Below are positions 63,164 through 64,000 of a stretch of 64,000 bases of DNA, in pieces. How positions within the stretch are numbered: position 1 is the stretch's first letter; each line of letters opens with the position of its first letter. A program made the position numbers and the translations under genes. The notes under the pieces are model-generated. The model saw only the letters and a list, made by a program, of their open reading frames with translations. It did not search any database and was not told where the DNA came from. Source of the stretch: Octopus sinensis (Eukaryota); the NCBI RefSeq assembly GCF_006345805.1, contig NC_043022.1, forward strand, positions 2,914,001-2,978,000, in the 5' to 3' direction.

Positions 63164-63392
63164 GTTAAAAGCACCATCCGTTCGTGTCCGTTGCCAACCT
63201 CGCCTGGCCCCCGTGCCGGTGGCACGTAAAAGCACCATCCGTTCGTGGCCGTTTGCCAGCTCTGTCTGGCACCTGTGCAGGTGGCACGTAAAAAGCACCC
63301 ACTACACTCACGGAGTGGTTGGCGTTAGGAAGGGCATCCAGCCGTAGAAACACTGCTAGCATGGAAAACGGACGCTAAATGATGATGATGAT
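63164..63392 (+). mobile_element. Family C element with internal deletion
   Basis: CCGTAGAAACACTG joins directly to CTAGCATGGAAAACGG; the middle segment of other copies is missing. Confidence 0.82.
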
Positions 63393-63564
63393 GGTGATGA
63401 TGTTACTGTTGTAATATTTTGAGTTCAAATTCCACCGAGGTTAATTTTGCCTTTCATCCTTTCATGGTTGATAAATTAAGTACCAGTCGAGTACTGTGGT
63501 TGATGTAATTGACTATAGCCCTCTCTTCAAATTTCAGGCCTTGTAACTTTAGTAGAATGGATTA

Positions 63565-63929
63565 TTACCTTTGCTAAGGCGGAGGTATTGTTTTCAGTCA
63601 TGTTTGTTTGTTTGTCCGTGGACAAAATATCTCAAGAACCGCTGGATGGATTCGGATGAAATTTTCAGGGATGTTTGGCCTCGTGATTTGCACAACCTGA
63701 TTAGATTTTAGGATCGATCTGGTACCAATCAAGGATTCTGAATTATTTTTCCTATCATTTTTTTTTACTTAATTTTTGAGAGCGGTCAGGTTCATTTTTA
63801 GTATTCTCGTTTGTGAGAGCACTCAAGTTTATTTCAGATTTTCTCATTTTAAAAATCACCTCTTGCTAATCGTTGAGAGAACATTGGTGTTGCCTTGGCG
63901 CAGGTTTGCACTCTCTGAGTGCTCTTGTT
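63565..63929 (+). mobile_element. Helentron-associated non-autonomous element (HINE-like, type 2)
   Basis: Subterminal inverted repeats ACCTTTGCTAAG / CTTGGCGCAGGT (63894-63905), 3' hairpin GCACTC-TCT-GAGTGC (63908-63922), (TTTG)n near the 5' end. Confidence 0.72.
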
Positions 63930-64000
63930 GTTATTATTATTATCAGTTATTTTGTCCTGCAATTCTCTGGTTCACTGGTAGTTGCTGTTGGAAAATGTGA

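Overview
AT-rich, repeat-dominated animal nuclear DNA. The SINE/MITE families, CR1/RTE fragments and very long (TA)n tracts match what I recognise from octopus genomes; this is pattern recognition, not a database check. No complete or recognisable protein-coding gene is present, and almost all listed ORFs come from microsatellites, SINEs or tandem arrays. Visible content: more than 20 copies of a tRNA-headed SINE (family A), four other SINE-like families (B-E), 3' fragments of four CR1-type and three RTE-type LINEs, TTAA-flanked piggyBac-like MITEs (types A and B), one hAT MITE with an 8-bp TSD and two Helentron-like non-autonomous elements. Tandem arrays have units of 28, ~53, 108, 168 and 190 bp. 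There is also a perfect 35-bp-arm palindrome, two CpG-enriched promoter-like regions (~9-10 kb, ~14.7 kb) and several short candidate exons, mostly on the minus strand, suggesting the window is largely intronic. The most striking feature is a 21 x 108-bp satellite that grew out of the Pol III head of a single SINE copy (52.8-55.1 kb). Family labels A-F are my own working names.
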